Assembly: GCA_950097015.1 (NCBI GenBank)
Contig: CATNEN010000039.1
Span: forward strand, 1,674,001-1,738,000
Reading direction: 5' to 3'
DNA from: Macrostomum hystrix
Lineage: Eukaryota; Animalia; Platyhelminthes
Length of the DNA: 64,000 bases
The position numbers were made by a program, and so were the translations under genes. The number at the start of each line of letters is the position of its first letter. Position 1 is the first letter of the stretch. The notes below the pieces were generated by a model that was not told the DNA's origin, searched no databases, and saw only the letters and a program-made list of their open reading frames with translations. This document shows positions 39,074 through 50,852 of the stretch, piece after piece.

Positions 39074-39690
39074 GGTTAGTTAGATAAGGGAGTGACAAGT
39101 TAGACAGCAGTGGGACAGGTTACTTAGATAAGGGAGTGACAAGTTAGACAGCAGTGGGACAGGTTAGTTAGATAAGGGAGTGACAAGTCAGACAGCAGTG
39201 GGACAGGTTAGTTAGATAAGGGAGTGACAAGTTAGACAGCAGTGGGACAGGTTAGTTAGATAAGCGAGTGACAAGTCAGACAGCAGTGGGACAGGTTAGT
39301 TAGATAAGCGAGTGACAAGTCAGACAGCAGTGGGACAGGTTAGTTAGATAAGCGAGTGACAAGTCAGACAGCAGTGGGACAGGTTAGTTAGATAAGCGAG
39401 TGACAAGTTAGACAGCAGTGGGACAGGTTAGTTAGATAAGCGAGTGACAAGTCAGACAGCAGTGGGACAGGTTAGTTAGATAAGGGAGTGACAAGTTAGA
39501 CAGCAGTGGGACAGGTTAGTTAGATAAGCGAGTGACAAGTTAGACAGCAGTGGGACAGGTTAGTTAGATAAGCGAGTGACAAGTCAGACAGCAGTGGGAC
39601 AGGTTAGTTAGATAAGCGAGTGACAAGTTAGACAGCAGTGGGACAGGTTAGTTAGATAAGCGAGTGACAAGTCAGACAGCAGAGTGACTA
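39074..39690. repeat. 44-bp minisatellite (ggttagttagataagSgagtgacaagtYagacagcagtgggaca)n
   Basis: About 14 near-identical copies with no unique spacers. Confidence 0.95.
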
Positions 39691-40230
39691 GTTGGGCAGC
39701 AGAGTGTTAGGTTACTAAAGAGAGTGACAAGTTCTTCTAGTTAGGTGGGAAATAGCGTGGTTATCCAACCGTTAAAGCAAATGAAAAAGATGTAACACAT
39801 TAGATAGCACAGGAGAGTGGCAAGTTACGCAGAGAGTTTGACGAATTTTTTTAACATTTTTAACTTTGAGAAATGCCGTCTCAAAGCAAATCTTGTGATT
39901 GGCAATTATGTCTCACCCTCACGCAACTCTCGGGCCACTGGGGAGCAAATGGAAGGAATAGGAACAATTAGTTGCAGGTGGAGGACGAAGACAATGATAG
40001 GAGCAGCAGCAGCAGCACTGTACAGAAGAGTACACCCAGCACAAGCTGCAGCGCTCAGAGCACGCGGGTAGGACAGAAACCGCCTCATCACTGCTCCAAG
40101 GGGTGGCGGATGAGGCGTGGAGGAAGGGATGAACAATGGCCATCATAGCCCATGCAGTCAGCAGGCAGATCTGCTTTCTCATTGCAATCGGACAGCCAGC
40201 CATCCCAGCAATGTTCTTTCTGCTGTTCAG

Positions 40231-42635
40231 CAACACAAAGAAACGGAGGACTTCAGAAATCAGCCTGGCTGCTTTGGAGGCTTTGCCGGAGGGCTGCGAC
40301 GGTTCGATGGAGACCTCAGAGGACCCCCTGCTGTCTAGGGCCACTTGGCGACCGCAGGATGCGCCCTCGAGGTGAAGCTGGCTTTTAGAATCATTGTGGA
40401 CCCTAACCAACCAGACTTTTTGGATGGGGAATTAGAGTTTGTGGATGGGGAGTTAGAGTTTGTGGATGGGGAATTAGAGTTTGTGGGTGGGGAATTAGAG
40501 TTTGTGGATGGGGAATTAGAGTTTGTGGATGGGGAATTAGAGTTTGTGGATGGGGAATTAGAGTTTGTGGGTGGGGAATTAGAGTTTGTGGGTGGGGAAT
40601 TAGAGTTTGTGGATGGGGAATTAGAGTTTGTGGATGGGGAATTAGAGTTTGTGGGTGGGTAATTATAGTTTGTGGATGGGGAATTAGAGTTTGTGGATGG
40701 GGAATTAGAGTTTGTGGGTGGGGAATTAGAGTTTGTGGGTGGGGAATTAGAGTTTGTGGATGGGGAATTAGAGTTTGTGGATGGGGAATTAGAGTTTGTG
40801 GGTGGGTAATTATAGTTTGTGGATGGGGAATTAGAGTTTGTGGATGGGGAATTAGAGTTTGTGGATGGGGAATTAGAGTTTGTGGATGGGGAATTAGAGT
40901 TTGTGGGTGGGTAATTATAGTTTGTGGATGGGGAATTAGAGTTTGTGGATGGGGAATTAGAGTTTGTGGGTGGGGGACTTACCGTTTGTCAGGTGAAAGC
41001 TAGAGTTTTTATCTAAATCTGGATTGAATAAAAAAATGTCCAGTTTTAACGATACTCTGCAGGCAGAAACGAAAGCAGAGTCGAGAGAAAAAGCGACTGA
41101 AGGCGGCCAAGAAGCTGCGGCAGCAGAGGCGAGGGGGCAGCTGCAGCTGCCGGCCCGTGTGCTGCTGTTTGGGCCGAGTCCCCTGCCTGCTGCTCCTGCT
41201 CACCGCCCTGTCGGCCTTTTTTTATTTGTACTTCTACCGCGGACTCAGCATTCACCTGGCTGTGCCCGACCGGCCTGAGAGGCAGATTCTTCTGCGGGAA
41301 AGACAGCAGCAGCAGAGCCTCCTGAGGTAACTATTGCTATTAGAAGCAATGACAAGAAACATTTCCGAACCCTGCCAAAGTACAGCCACTCAAATTATAG
41401 GCCACTTCATACACATCCTGAAATATATTATGAGCACTAAAGCACTCAAGTTGCTTCCCTTAGGACCAAGATTCGAACTCCCGACCTCTCCGTCAGGAGA
41501 TTGAAGCTCCAACCACTGGGCTTCAACCTACCACTGTAGTCATGGCGACTGGGAGAGGATGGCAGCTCTATGACTTGGACCGAGTCTGGGGAGATTTCCC
41601 GCGCTCTTGCCGATTTATCCCCGCAGGCCGCCGATCTCCCAGCCAGCCAGGCGCTGGAAGCTGCCGATGCAGCCGCAGACAAGCCGCAGCCCGCCGGCCA
41701 GGCCGAAGTTCTTAACAATGCCCCGCAAATGCCCGCACTCCGCTTCGTCGCCGTCCGCCGCGCTGCTGGTCACTCGGGACCCGATGGCCGACGAGGCCGA
41801 CGACAAAGCCGCCAGGCGACAGCGCGAGGCGGTGCGGCGCAGCTGGGCGGGTCCGGCCGGCCTGCCCACTGGCTCCGTGGTCTTCCTGGTCACCGTAAGG
41901 ACGGCCAGCCATGCTCTGCTGCAGGTGACAGTTTTTCTGTGGTCCTAAGTTCGATGCTCGCGGAAATTAGTTGAGTCATTTTGGCAACTTCAGGAGTCCA
42001 AAAAGTACGGCGACCTCCTGCTGGTTGAGATGGCGGACGTGAGGCCCCCAGCTGGTATTCAGCAGCGCCGGCAGCGTCAGAAGCGGCGGCCGCTGCTGTC
42101 GGCGCTGGCTGAGCTTCGTTCCCGCTGCCCGGAGGTCAGCCTGTACGGCCGGACCAGCGCCGGAGTGCTGTGGAATCCCGGTCAGCTGCAACAGCAGCTG
42201 CGGCTGATGCTGCAGCGCGATCAACTCCACAAGGGCCTCATGATGGGTCGCGCAGTTCGGCGGTTGGCTGGCGGCAGCAAGGGCGGAGTGGAGGAGTGGC
42301 TGGCGGCCGACCCCGGCTACCTGATCTCCGGCCCCGGGCTGGATACTTTGCTCCATTGGCGGCGGAGGAACATCGACAATGACGATCATCTGGACGACGG
42401 CGTCAGCGACGACTGTCTGACCGGCGAATGGCGGGCCGCCGCCGGCCTGGAGCTGGCCGACCTCGGCCGGCAGCTGCGAGTGTCGCGCCGACCGCCCGCG
42501 TCGCCCTGCCAGCTGCGGGCGCGGCTGGCCTGGCCCGGACTGTCTGCGGTGGACATGGAGCGCCTCTGGCTGGAGGTCAGCAGCGACAAGCTGCGCTGTC
42601 CGGTGTCCTCGGCTGAGCAGCCCGATGAGGAGTAG
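40231..42635 (+). CDS. GT31 (beta-1,3-galactosyl/GlcNAc-transferase)-like type II membrane protein lacking DxD; start codon uncertain
   Basis: Exons: 40231-40371, 41063-41326 (basic tail, CCC, TM LLLLLTALSAFFYLYF), 41627-41924 (REAVRRSW..VVFLV), 41994-42635 (ESKKYGDLL, RCPEV..LWN, GYLIS, DDCLTG). The motif order matches the Galactosyl_T family pattern R.AIR.TW / E..YGDI / CP..K.DDD..N / GY..S / ED..TG. Confidence 0.75.
40420..40975. repeat. 21-bp minisatellite (gtggatggggaattagagttt)n, intronic
   Basis: Tandem array between the exons ending at 40371 and starting at 41063. Confidence 0.95.
41455..41530 (-). mobile_element. Possible tRNA-derived SINE head or tRNA pseudogene in an intron
   Basis: Minus strand reads gaagcccagtggtt (A-box-like) and gagttcgaatctt (B-box-like) at tRNA-like spacing; no clean cloverleaf. 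Confidence 0.4.
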
Positions 42636-43000
42636 GAATGCAGGGCGGCACGGGACCCGAGCAAGCTGCAGCAGCCTGAGTTATGACAGAAAGAAAGACA
42701 GACGAACATATTTTATAGTATAGTGGATAAAAAGTCGAAGCTGTTCATACACATGATCGAATTACTTTCGGCTACCTAAAAAGCTTGGAAAATGATAAGA
42801 AAGCCAAAATCGGTCTCGCACTGTATACCTGCTCGAGTAGCTCCTTTGCTGATGCTGAAAAATTAACTGGCACTTCTTAAATGCTCACACCCATTATTAC
42901 TCGTTAGATAAATACAATGTGCCAAATTAATTAACTTACATCATAATTGAACTTTTTTCTGCGATAAATTCCTATCCGGCCTTTACACACCTAGCTCTTC

Positions 43001-43823
43001 TTGGTCCTCGAGACACCCACAGCACTCGCTGGTACTCGAGACACCCACAGCACTCACTGGTCCTCGAGACACCCACAGCACTCGCTGGTCCTCGAGACAC
43101 CCACCTCACTCGCTGGTCCTCGAGACACCCACCTCACTCGCTGGTCCTCTAGACACCCACAGCACTCGCTGGTACTCGAGACACCCACAGCACTCGCTGG
43201 TCCTCGAGACACCCACCTCACTCGCTGGTCCTCGAGACACCCACAGCACTCGCAGGTCCTCGAGACACCCACAGCACTAGCTGGTCCTCGAGACATCCAC
43301 AGCACTCGCAGGTCCTCGAGACACCCACAGCACTCGCAGGTCCTCGAGACACCCACAGCACTCGCAGGTCCTCGAGACACCCACAGCACTCGCTGGTCCT
43401 CGAGACACCCACAGCACTCGCAGGTCCTCTAACACCCACCTCACTCGCTGGTCCTCGAGACACCCACAGCACTCGCAGGTCCTCGAGACACCCACAGCAC
43501 TCGCTGGTCCTCGAGACACCCACAGCACTCGCAGGTACTCGAGACACCCACAGCACTCGCAGGTCCTCGAGACACCCACAGCACTCGCAGGTCCTCGAGA
43601 CACCCACAGCACTCGCTGGTACTCGAGACACCCACAGCTCTCGCAGGTCCTCGAGACACCCACAGCACTCGCAGGTACTCGAGACACCCACAGCACTCGC
43701 TGGTCCTCGAGACACCCACCTCACTCGCTGGTCCTCTAACACCCACCTCACTCGCAGGTCCTCTAACACCCACCTCACTCGCTGGTCCTCGAGACACCCA
43801 CCTCACTCGCTGGTCCTCGAGAC
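43001..43823. repeat. 28-bp minisatellite (ggtcctcgagacacccacagcactcgct)n
   Basis: Tandem array. Confidence 0.95.
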
Positions 43824-44204
43824 AATAATAATAAAGCAATCATAGAGAACCATTATAACACAACATAACATTATAACATATAACTTTGATGATCAAATCC
43901 TTATTACTCTTCTGTTTATTCCTTCGCGAAAAGCAAAGCCTTTTCTTGGCCTGTAGCGATTTCTGCCATGCGAAACGGTTCGCTTAAAAATAGTAAAAAT
44001 GGCGGCAATGAAACGAGTTTGCTTGGATGCGATGAAAACGCAAAAAAATCTTGCAAAACTAGGCTACTATGAGTAGAATAAAAATGAAAATTTGGATTCC
44101 AAACGATTGTACAGAAAGCTGATTTGCTTTAAGTATGTGCGTACATGTGACATGTCATTGCGTGGAGAAATTACAGTGCATTTTTCAATTTTTGTACAAG
44201 GATC

Positions 44205-44660
44205 AAGGATCAGGGGATAACAGAGGGCTAACTGAAGGATCAGGGGATAACAGAGGGTTAACTGAAGGATCAGGGGATAACAGAGGGCTAACTGAAGGAT
44301 CAGGGGATAACAGAGGGCTAACTGAAGGATCAGGGGATAACAGAGGGTTAACTGAAGGATCAGGGGATAACAGAGGGTTAACTGAAGGATCAGGGGATAA
44401 CAGAGGGCTAACTGAAGGATCAGGGGATAACAGAGGGCTAACTGAAGGATCAGGGGATAACAGAGGGTTAACTGAAGGATCAGGGGATAACAGAGGGTTA
44501 ACTGAAGGATCAGGGCATAACTGAGGGCTAACTGAAGGATCAGGGCATAACTGAGGGCTAAATGAAGGATCAGGGGATAACAGAGGGTTAACTGAAGCAT
44601 CAGGGCATAACTGAGGGCTAACTGAAGGATCAGGGGATAACAGAGGGTTAACTGAAGGAG
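44205..44660. repeat. 30-bp minisatellite (aaggatcaggggataacagagggYtaactg)n
   Basis: Tandem array. Confidence 0.95.
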
Positions 44661-45239
44661 GCGCACTGAAGGATCAGGGGCAAGCACTGAAGAGGAAGCT
44701 ATAGCCAGGGCTACTAAAGTATTTAGTATTTTCTGGCTATAGCTTGGAATTATTCGGTGAGTCGCTGCTGAATCACGCGAAATATTCAAAATGTTTCAAT
44801 CAGGCAATGCACTCAGATTAACACAAGCGCTAAATATTGAACAATGAAATCGCGATGGCAAGATGAGGTACGCACAGAGAGAATGTAAAATTGAAGCATT
44901 GATTTTTTTAGCACTCTAAAGCCAAGTGCATTGTGTATTAAAGATATGAAAGATTCGATCATTTTGAAAAAACATAAATGACACAAACTAGCTCTGCCGA
45001 TAAGGGTCCGATAAACAAATGTACTTTTGTCCTGAATCTCTGATTAAGGAGCTACGAAAAGCATATAAAAGTACAAATAAAAAAGCAACGACTCGCTGTA
45101 CTTTTATGTTTTTCACATGGCTCAAACTGTCGGAAGGCAAAAACTGTTTTCTTTTCATTAGAGCTCAGTTTGACAGGCTGTCAGTAGCATGTTGAGTTGC
45201 TTTTTATATACTTGACAACTAAAATAGTTGAAGCCCAGC

Positions 45240-48206
45240 CTACTGGCTGCCACCCACAGGGTCGCCGACTTCGCCGGGGGCGCGACGTGTGGCCAGCACA
45301 ACCAGCACTTCGTTCTCCCACACATAGCGACCCGGGCCCAGCTGGCGCGTGTGCCGACTGTAGGCGGCCATGAAGTCGTCCATGAGGCTGGCTCGCTGCG
45401 CCTCCGGCAGCTGCGAAGTGAACGGCACCAGCCAGCTCAGATGGCCGCGACACTCCGCTTCGCTCTCCGTAGTGTACGTGAACGCCATCTTCTGGCAGAC
45501 CCTGACGGAAAAGCCGGCGGAAGACAGGATGTCGGCGAATGCGGCTGCGGGATCAGGCGCGACTCGCCAATCGGAGACGGCCGGGTCTTGCCAGCGGGTG
45601 GAGTGGGCAAACTCCTGCGGGGGTTCCGTTTCAAGCGATTAGCGGCTGCTGTGGCCTGCTGCAGCAGGATTGGGGAAGGCATTGCAGTGGCCACCAACAG
45701 CTGGATTGGGGAAGGCATTGCAGTGGCCACCAACAGCTGGATTGGGGAAGGCATTGCAGTGGCCACCAACAGTTGGATTGGGGATGGGATTGCAGTGGCC
45801 ACCAACAGCTGGATTGGGGAAGGCATTGCAGTGGCCACTAACAGCTGGATTGGGGAAGGGATTGCAGTGGCCACCAACAGCTGGATTGGGGAAGGCATTG
45901 CAGTGGCCACCAACAGCTGGATTGGGGAAGGGATTGCAGTGGCCACCAACAGCTGGATTGGGGATGGGATTGCAGTGGCCACCAACAGCTGGATTGGGGA
46001 TGGGATTGCAGTGGCCACCAACAGCTGGATTGGGGATGGGATTGCAGTGGCCGCTGCTGCAGCAGTGGGAATGGTGATTTGAATGTCTTTCAAATCAACC
46101 GGCTTGTGTCCGGGATGTTGCGCTTTGATTTGCCGAAAATAACGTCGTAAAACAATGCCTTTAGTAAATGCTTTGTTATAACTTTATGGTCATTTACCTG
46201 TGTGTTTTAGCTATAAAAATTATACAGCTTTTTATATAGATCTTGGCCGCCTTTTCAAATTTAGTTTGTTATACCACTCGCGAGTTTTATTAACATTATT
46301 TGAACTGTGTAATACTTACATTATTCTAATCGCACGATTGAGTTAATCCTATGCCAATGACGGCACTTGGCTCCTTATTTGCGGTTGCTAAAAATCCAAA
46401 TTTGGTGGTTCCAAATCTCTGATTGTTCAATTTCAGATAGCTATCTATCAGAAACAAGAAAGGAAATGTCCTATGTTAGATCTGTTAGCAGCATCACCTA
46501 ATGTGAAATAGCCCTACTAGCACTGATCCAAACTCAGAAGTAAGCGAGTAGATGACTCGCGAGTCAAGGGTTACGCAATCCACTCTAACGGCACCAGTTT
46601 TCATAACAGCTTAGATCTGCTTCTATTTCGTGAATGTCTTAATTTAGTTTATTGTTTGATAATCAAGTGCCTAATAAAATATAAGGTCAATCAGCAGCTA
46701 TGTATGGCTATGCTTAGTTTTTAGGACTGGAGAGTGACTAAGTGGAAAAGTGCAGCTTGGCAGATGTGAATTAGTTTTTTAATTTAGATATAAATGTTTG
46801 ACTTGCATAGAATAGGTTTGCAATAGCTACTGAGGGCAGGTCAAAACACAATTATTTAGGGATTATTTCTTATTTAGGTATACCATGCTTATCTATCTAG
46901 CTAGGCTATCCATGCTCAATGATAGATAGGCCTTTTTATTGCAAGGTCTAGGCCTAAATGGTTATAATAGTGCACTGACAGCAGACAAATATTTTTTACT
47001 TGTTAAAAACTTAATTCATCACAAAGATCAAACATTGTAGGGCAAGAGAGCCGAACTACCAGTCCCTAGCTTATCTGCCTAATAATGCTGCTAATTGTTC
47101 ACCTGTTTGATGCAAGCTAGGGCCTACCTATTAGGCTAGTATTATTTAACTTAAGCAATAAAATCCAGGCACCTAACTCAATGAAATTAGCTAACAGTTT
47201 TAAGCCTAGCCCAGGCCTGTCTTGTCTTAACTTTTTCAACAACACATTGGCCTATAACCTGGCTAGGTCAAGGCAAGCTTTATTATCATGATCAGGCCAT
47301 TATTTACCTTGATTGTAGGCCCCCACTTATGAGTCATGGCTAGATCCTTCATAGTAGCTTGAAAGTTGAGCCCAGGTCTGATGCCGAGGACGTGAAACAT
47401 AAGTGTTCTGTTAGGCCTCATTAACTGCTTCAGGCTTTCTAGACAGTTGGTCAGGTTCTTGATCCAGTGCAATGTCAGGAAGCTGCTGATGAGGTCATAC
47501 TCAATGGCTGGTAGGTAAGCATGCCAATTCAGCTTGTTCAGATCGACCAGGTGCAATTCAAGCTCTGTGCCTTCCTCCAAAGGTGTTGAGTCCTCTAGGC
47601 CTTGCTCAGTTGCAAACTTAAGGAAGTTTGGATTCTAAAATGCAAATTTATATAGGTCCAGCAATATATTTACTTGAGAAATTAAAATAAGCAATTTTTC
47701 AAGTATTAAAAGTCTATATTACCTTTGGATAAAAATTTAGCTACTTTAATTTTCTTTTTTGTTTTTTCTAAAATAAACTAGAAGTAAGCAGACTAGAACA
47801 TATAGATAGCATGCCCATTGCAAGGGTTAACAAAGAAACTGAATTAACTAGGCCTACACAATGCTAAGTCTCAGTAGCTTGGCAAGACAACATTTCTTAA
47901 ATTGGCTAGTAGACAAGTAGAATAGTAGTATGTATTAAGCTGACTTACCCAATCCAAACCAACAATTTTATTGGCACCAACTTTTCTTGCAAACAATTTT
48001 GTATTCTCACAAGTTCCACAGCCAAGGTCAAGAATAGTACATTTTCTTTTCACTTCAGTAGAGGCTATCGGTCTAGACCAAGATCCAACACTTGCTTGAA
48101 AAGCCTCCAGTGGAAAGAATTGATTAGTAGCGTCAAATACTATCTCTTTAACTAATCTATGATTATTAGAATATGTTTTTGCATCTAAGAAGACAATGCT
48201 ATCCAT
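45240..48206 (-). CDS. Class I SAM-dependent methyltransferase, juvenile hormone acid methyltransferase-like
   Basis: Exons on the minus strand: 48206-47949 (TILDLGCGT motif I, IVGLD), 47634-47308 (YDLISSFLTLHWI, like JHAMT FD..FSF..LHW; LMRP), 45614-45240 (EFAHS..FADILSSAGF..to stop). Both junctions are phase 0 GT-AG. Possible upstream exons have donors at ~49449 and ~49676. Confidence 0.82.
45665..46053. repeat. 36-bp minisatellite (ggattggggaaggcattgcagtggccaccaacagct)n in a methyltransferase intron
   Basis: About 11 copies. Confidence 0.95.
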
Positions 48207-49776
48207 TTTTACTATTTTTAGCAATCTATAACTAAAGCTAATAGACTTAATTTTACCTTAAGGAATGTTTTGCTTTCCTAATAAGATCGAATTTCAGTCT
48301 ACTAATATATATAATAATTATTTATTATAGCTTAGGCTAAAAATGAAAGTTGCTTTGCTATTTATTCAATAGCAAGTTGTCAAAATAATTTCAAGGTACA
48401 ATATAATATACTTCAAAAGTGAAGTAATTATTTGATTTTAGTAGTTAGATAGGCCTAATCTATTTTGATAGATAGTTTGTTACAAAACTAGGATTTCAAT
48501 TCATTGTTGGGAGCTTAATAAGGGTATAGTCCTTATAAATAAGTGGATTATGTTAATAAATATAATGACCAATAGGGAAAAGGCCTCTAATAATAGCCTG
48601 GTATAGTAGCTAGTTAGCTTGTTTTTATTCTAATCTCATTGGCTGAAAATTAGTCAAGCAAGGACGAAATACTAATGTTCATCCATTGATACCACTAGGC
48701 TCAAGCCTTTTGCCAAGTTAGGGTCTGGTTATCTATGCTCAGCACAGGCTAATGCACAGGCTTTCACTCAATATACCAAACAGAAACAGCTAGGCTATTA
48801 ATAGCCAGCTAAGTGTGCAGTCGTTTTTGTCTAAAAGACCTAGAGCCAGGTAAAGGCTTTAGGTTGTACACTTGATAGGCCCCCCTAGGAAAAGTTCTAA
48901 GAACGACAGGTCTGTTTCTAACATAGCCTAACAATGTCATGGAAAAGCACTGATTACCCTAGTAGCCTACCCTAGCTTAAACCTCTAGCTAATCTTGAAA
49001 CAGCCTGGAAAGGTGACAAAAATACCCAGAAATTGAATGGGCCTACGAAGTACAATGGTGGTAATGCACACTTTTAGCTAGGCCTACATTTCATAGGTAA
49101 ATGATTGTACCGAGTAAGCCTACCGAAACTGTAGGAACTGTGGAATACAGTTCCACTGCATACACAGGGAATACACATAGGCCTACTGCTTTGTAGTCGG
49201 GATGAGACCACGCTACTTTGGCCTAGCTCAAAAATATTGTTAAGTATTTTAATACAATAATGTTTCTAACCCTGCAGTTGCAGTAGACCCTACTGCAAAT
49301 AGGCCTACCTGATAAATAAGTACCAGATGTATGGATGATAAATAGAAAAATCTTGTTTTTGAAACTAATAAAGACTCAGGTCAGATAGCTAGGCACATAA
49401 ATGAATAGTAGGCCTATGTATGTAAGACGAAGTGCAATTGAACACTTACCTCATTGTTGCTAGCATCTTCCATTCATTAAGGAAGCAAGATTGTAGCTCG
49501 TCCTAGTCGAACTTATTTTAGACCTGTGCTTCACATTCAATCCTAGTTTCATTTTAAAAGCTTTTTAGCTGTTTGCAATGCTGGCAGAGTTGGACTAAAT
49601 TACACATAAAATATAGGTCGTATGCGAGAAACACATTCAGGTTATAAACTTTCTAATCAGATCCTTGCCTTGCCTCACCGACTTCTCCAGTCCGATTAAA
49701 GTGTTTCAAGAAAACAAGATCTAGATACTTTATGTTTAGCGGTCGTAATGTTATAATGTCCTTGACCGAATTTTCT

Positions 49777-49797
49777 GATTGGCGCAGGGGGCGGGGC
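49777..49797 (-). promoter_or_regulatory. CCAAT box and GC box, candidate promoter of the methyltransferase
   Basis: gattgg (CCAATC on the minus strand) next to ggggcggggc, in a CpG-retaining patch upstream of the 5' exons. Confidence 0.45.
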
Positions 49798-50480
49798 CAG
49801 TGATACAATTCAGTCTGGGTGTGGGGTTGGTGAGACGGAACCGCGCGGGCACGCGGGAGTGTGAATCATCTCTTCCCCCCTAATTGCACCTTCAAAAAAT
49901 ATCTGGCGCTGAGTGGAATCGAGTGGTGAGTGGGGTGAGAAAAACTAGGTCAAAGACTTTACTATTTCAAAGGTCAGTATAGAATCACATGACACTGACA
50001 TTTAGTTTTTATTCATCTAGTAATTACGGTATCCTATTAATGTGCTATTCGAGCTCGGTTCTTTCGAAATGAAATTTTAAGTTCATCTTGTACTTACGAA
50101 GATAGGACGCGCATAGTGAATAGTTAGTTTTTATGCAGGCAAATGCAACAAATGTGAATTGTTCTCTTATCTGTTTACTCGTCGCGCCCTTGTATGTGTT
50201 CAAATTTATTTACGCTAAGTCGTTTTTATTTATGGATTGTTAGCCATGCAGGTCCAAGGTATTATAGTACAGCCCAAGGTCAAAGCCATAATTTAGAATA
50301 AAAATAAGCTTATAACAAATTTAGTATTGTTATAGAAAATCCTTCCTCTTGTTGCCTTTTTGTTTTTTTACCTATCGTGTGCTGTGCTATCCACAGAACT
50401 TACCAACAGAACTTCTGTGGTGCTAAGATAAGTTCTGTGGTGCTATTCAAACCTAACCTATCCACTTCCACAAGGATAAG

Positions 50481-50768
50481 TGGTTTAAAGAGTATGTTTC
50501 AATATTATTATTTTTCATTATTTGTAATTTATTGCACGCGTACTCAATTTCTACCCCCCATGCGCTGAGTCATTTTCTCTCTGGCGGCAACTCATTCTTG
50601 GACTTCAGCATGTACGTTTATTTGCCCACCCCAATTAAATTGATTTAAATAGACTACTGGTCGTTAGCAGCGCTGAGAGTGACCGCGTCGTTTATAGCCT
50701 ATAGTTTCAAAGCTCAATTGACGGCCTACTTAGTTTCTTTTCAATAGTTGAGAACTAGCTCACAAACA
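50481..50768 (+). repeat. 5' LTR of the BEL/Pao element
   Basis: Direct repeat of 57132-57419. Confidence 0.96.
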
Positions 50769-50852
50769 TTTGGTAGCAGAGCGTGGTTTGTCAAGCCACC
50801 AGACATCGCTTATAATAGTGCAAGTCCGAGCTAGCCAATACAGTAGGCAGAA

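Noticed and set aside
39074-39690. CRISPR-like appearance of the 44-bp, 36-bp and 28-30-bp arrays
   Set aside because: They are head-to-tail repeats with no unique spacers and no cas genes, in a eukaryotic context.
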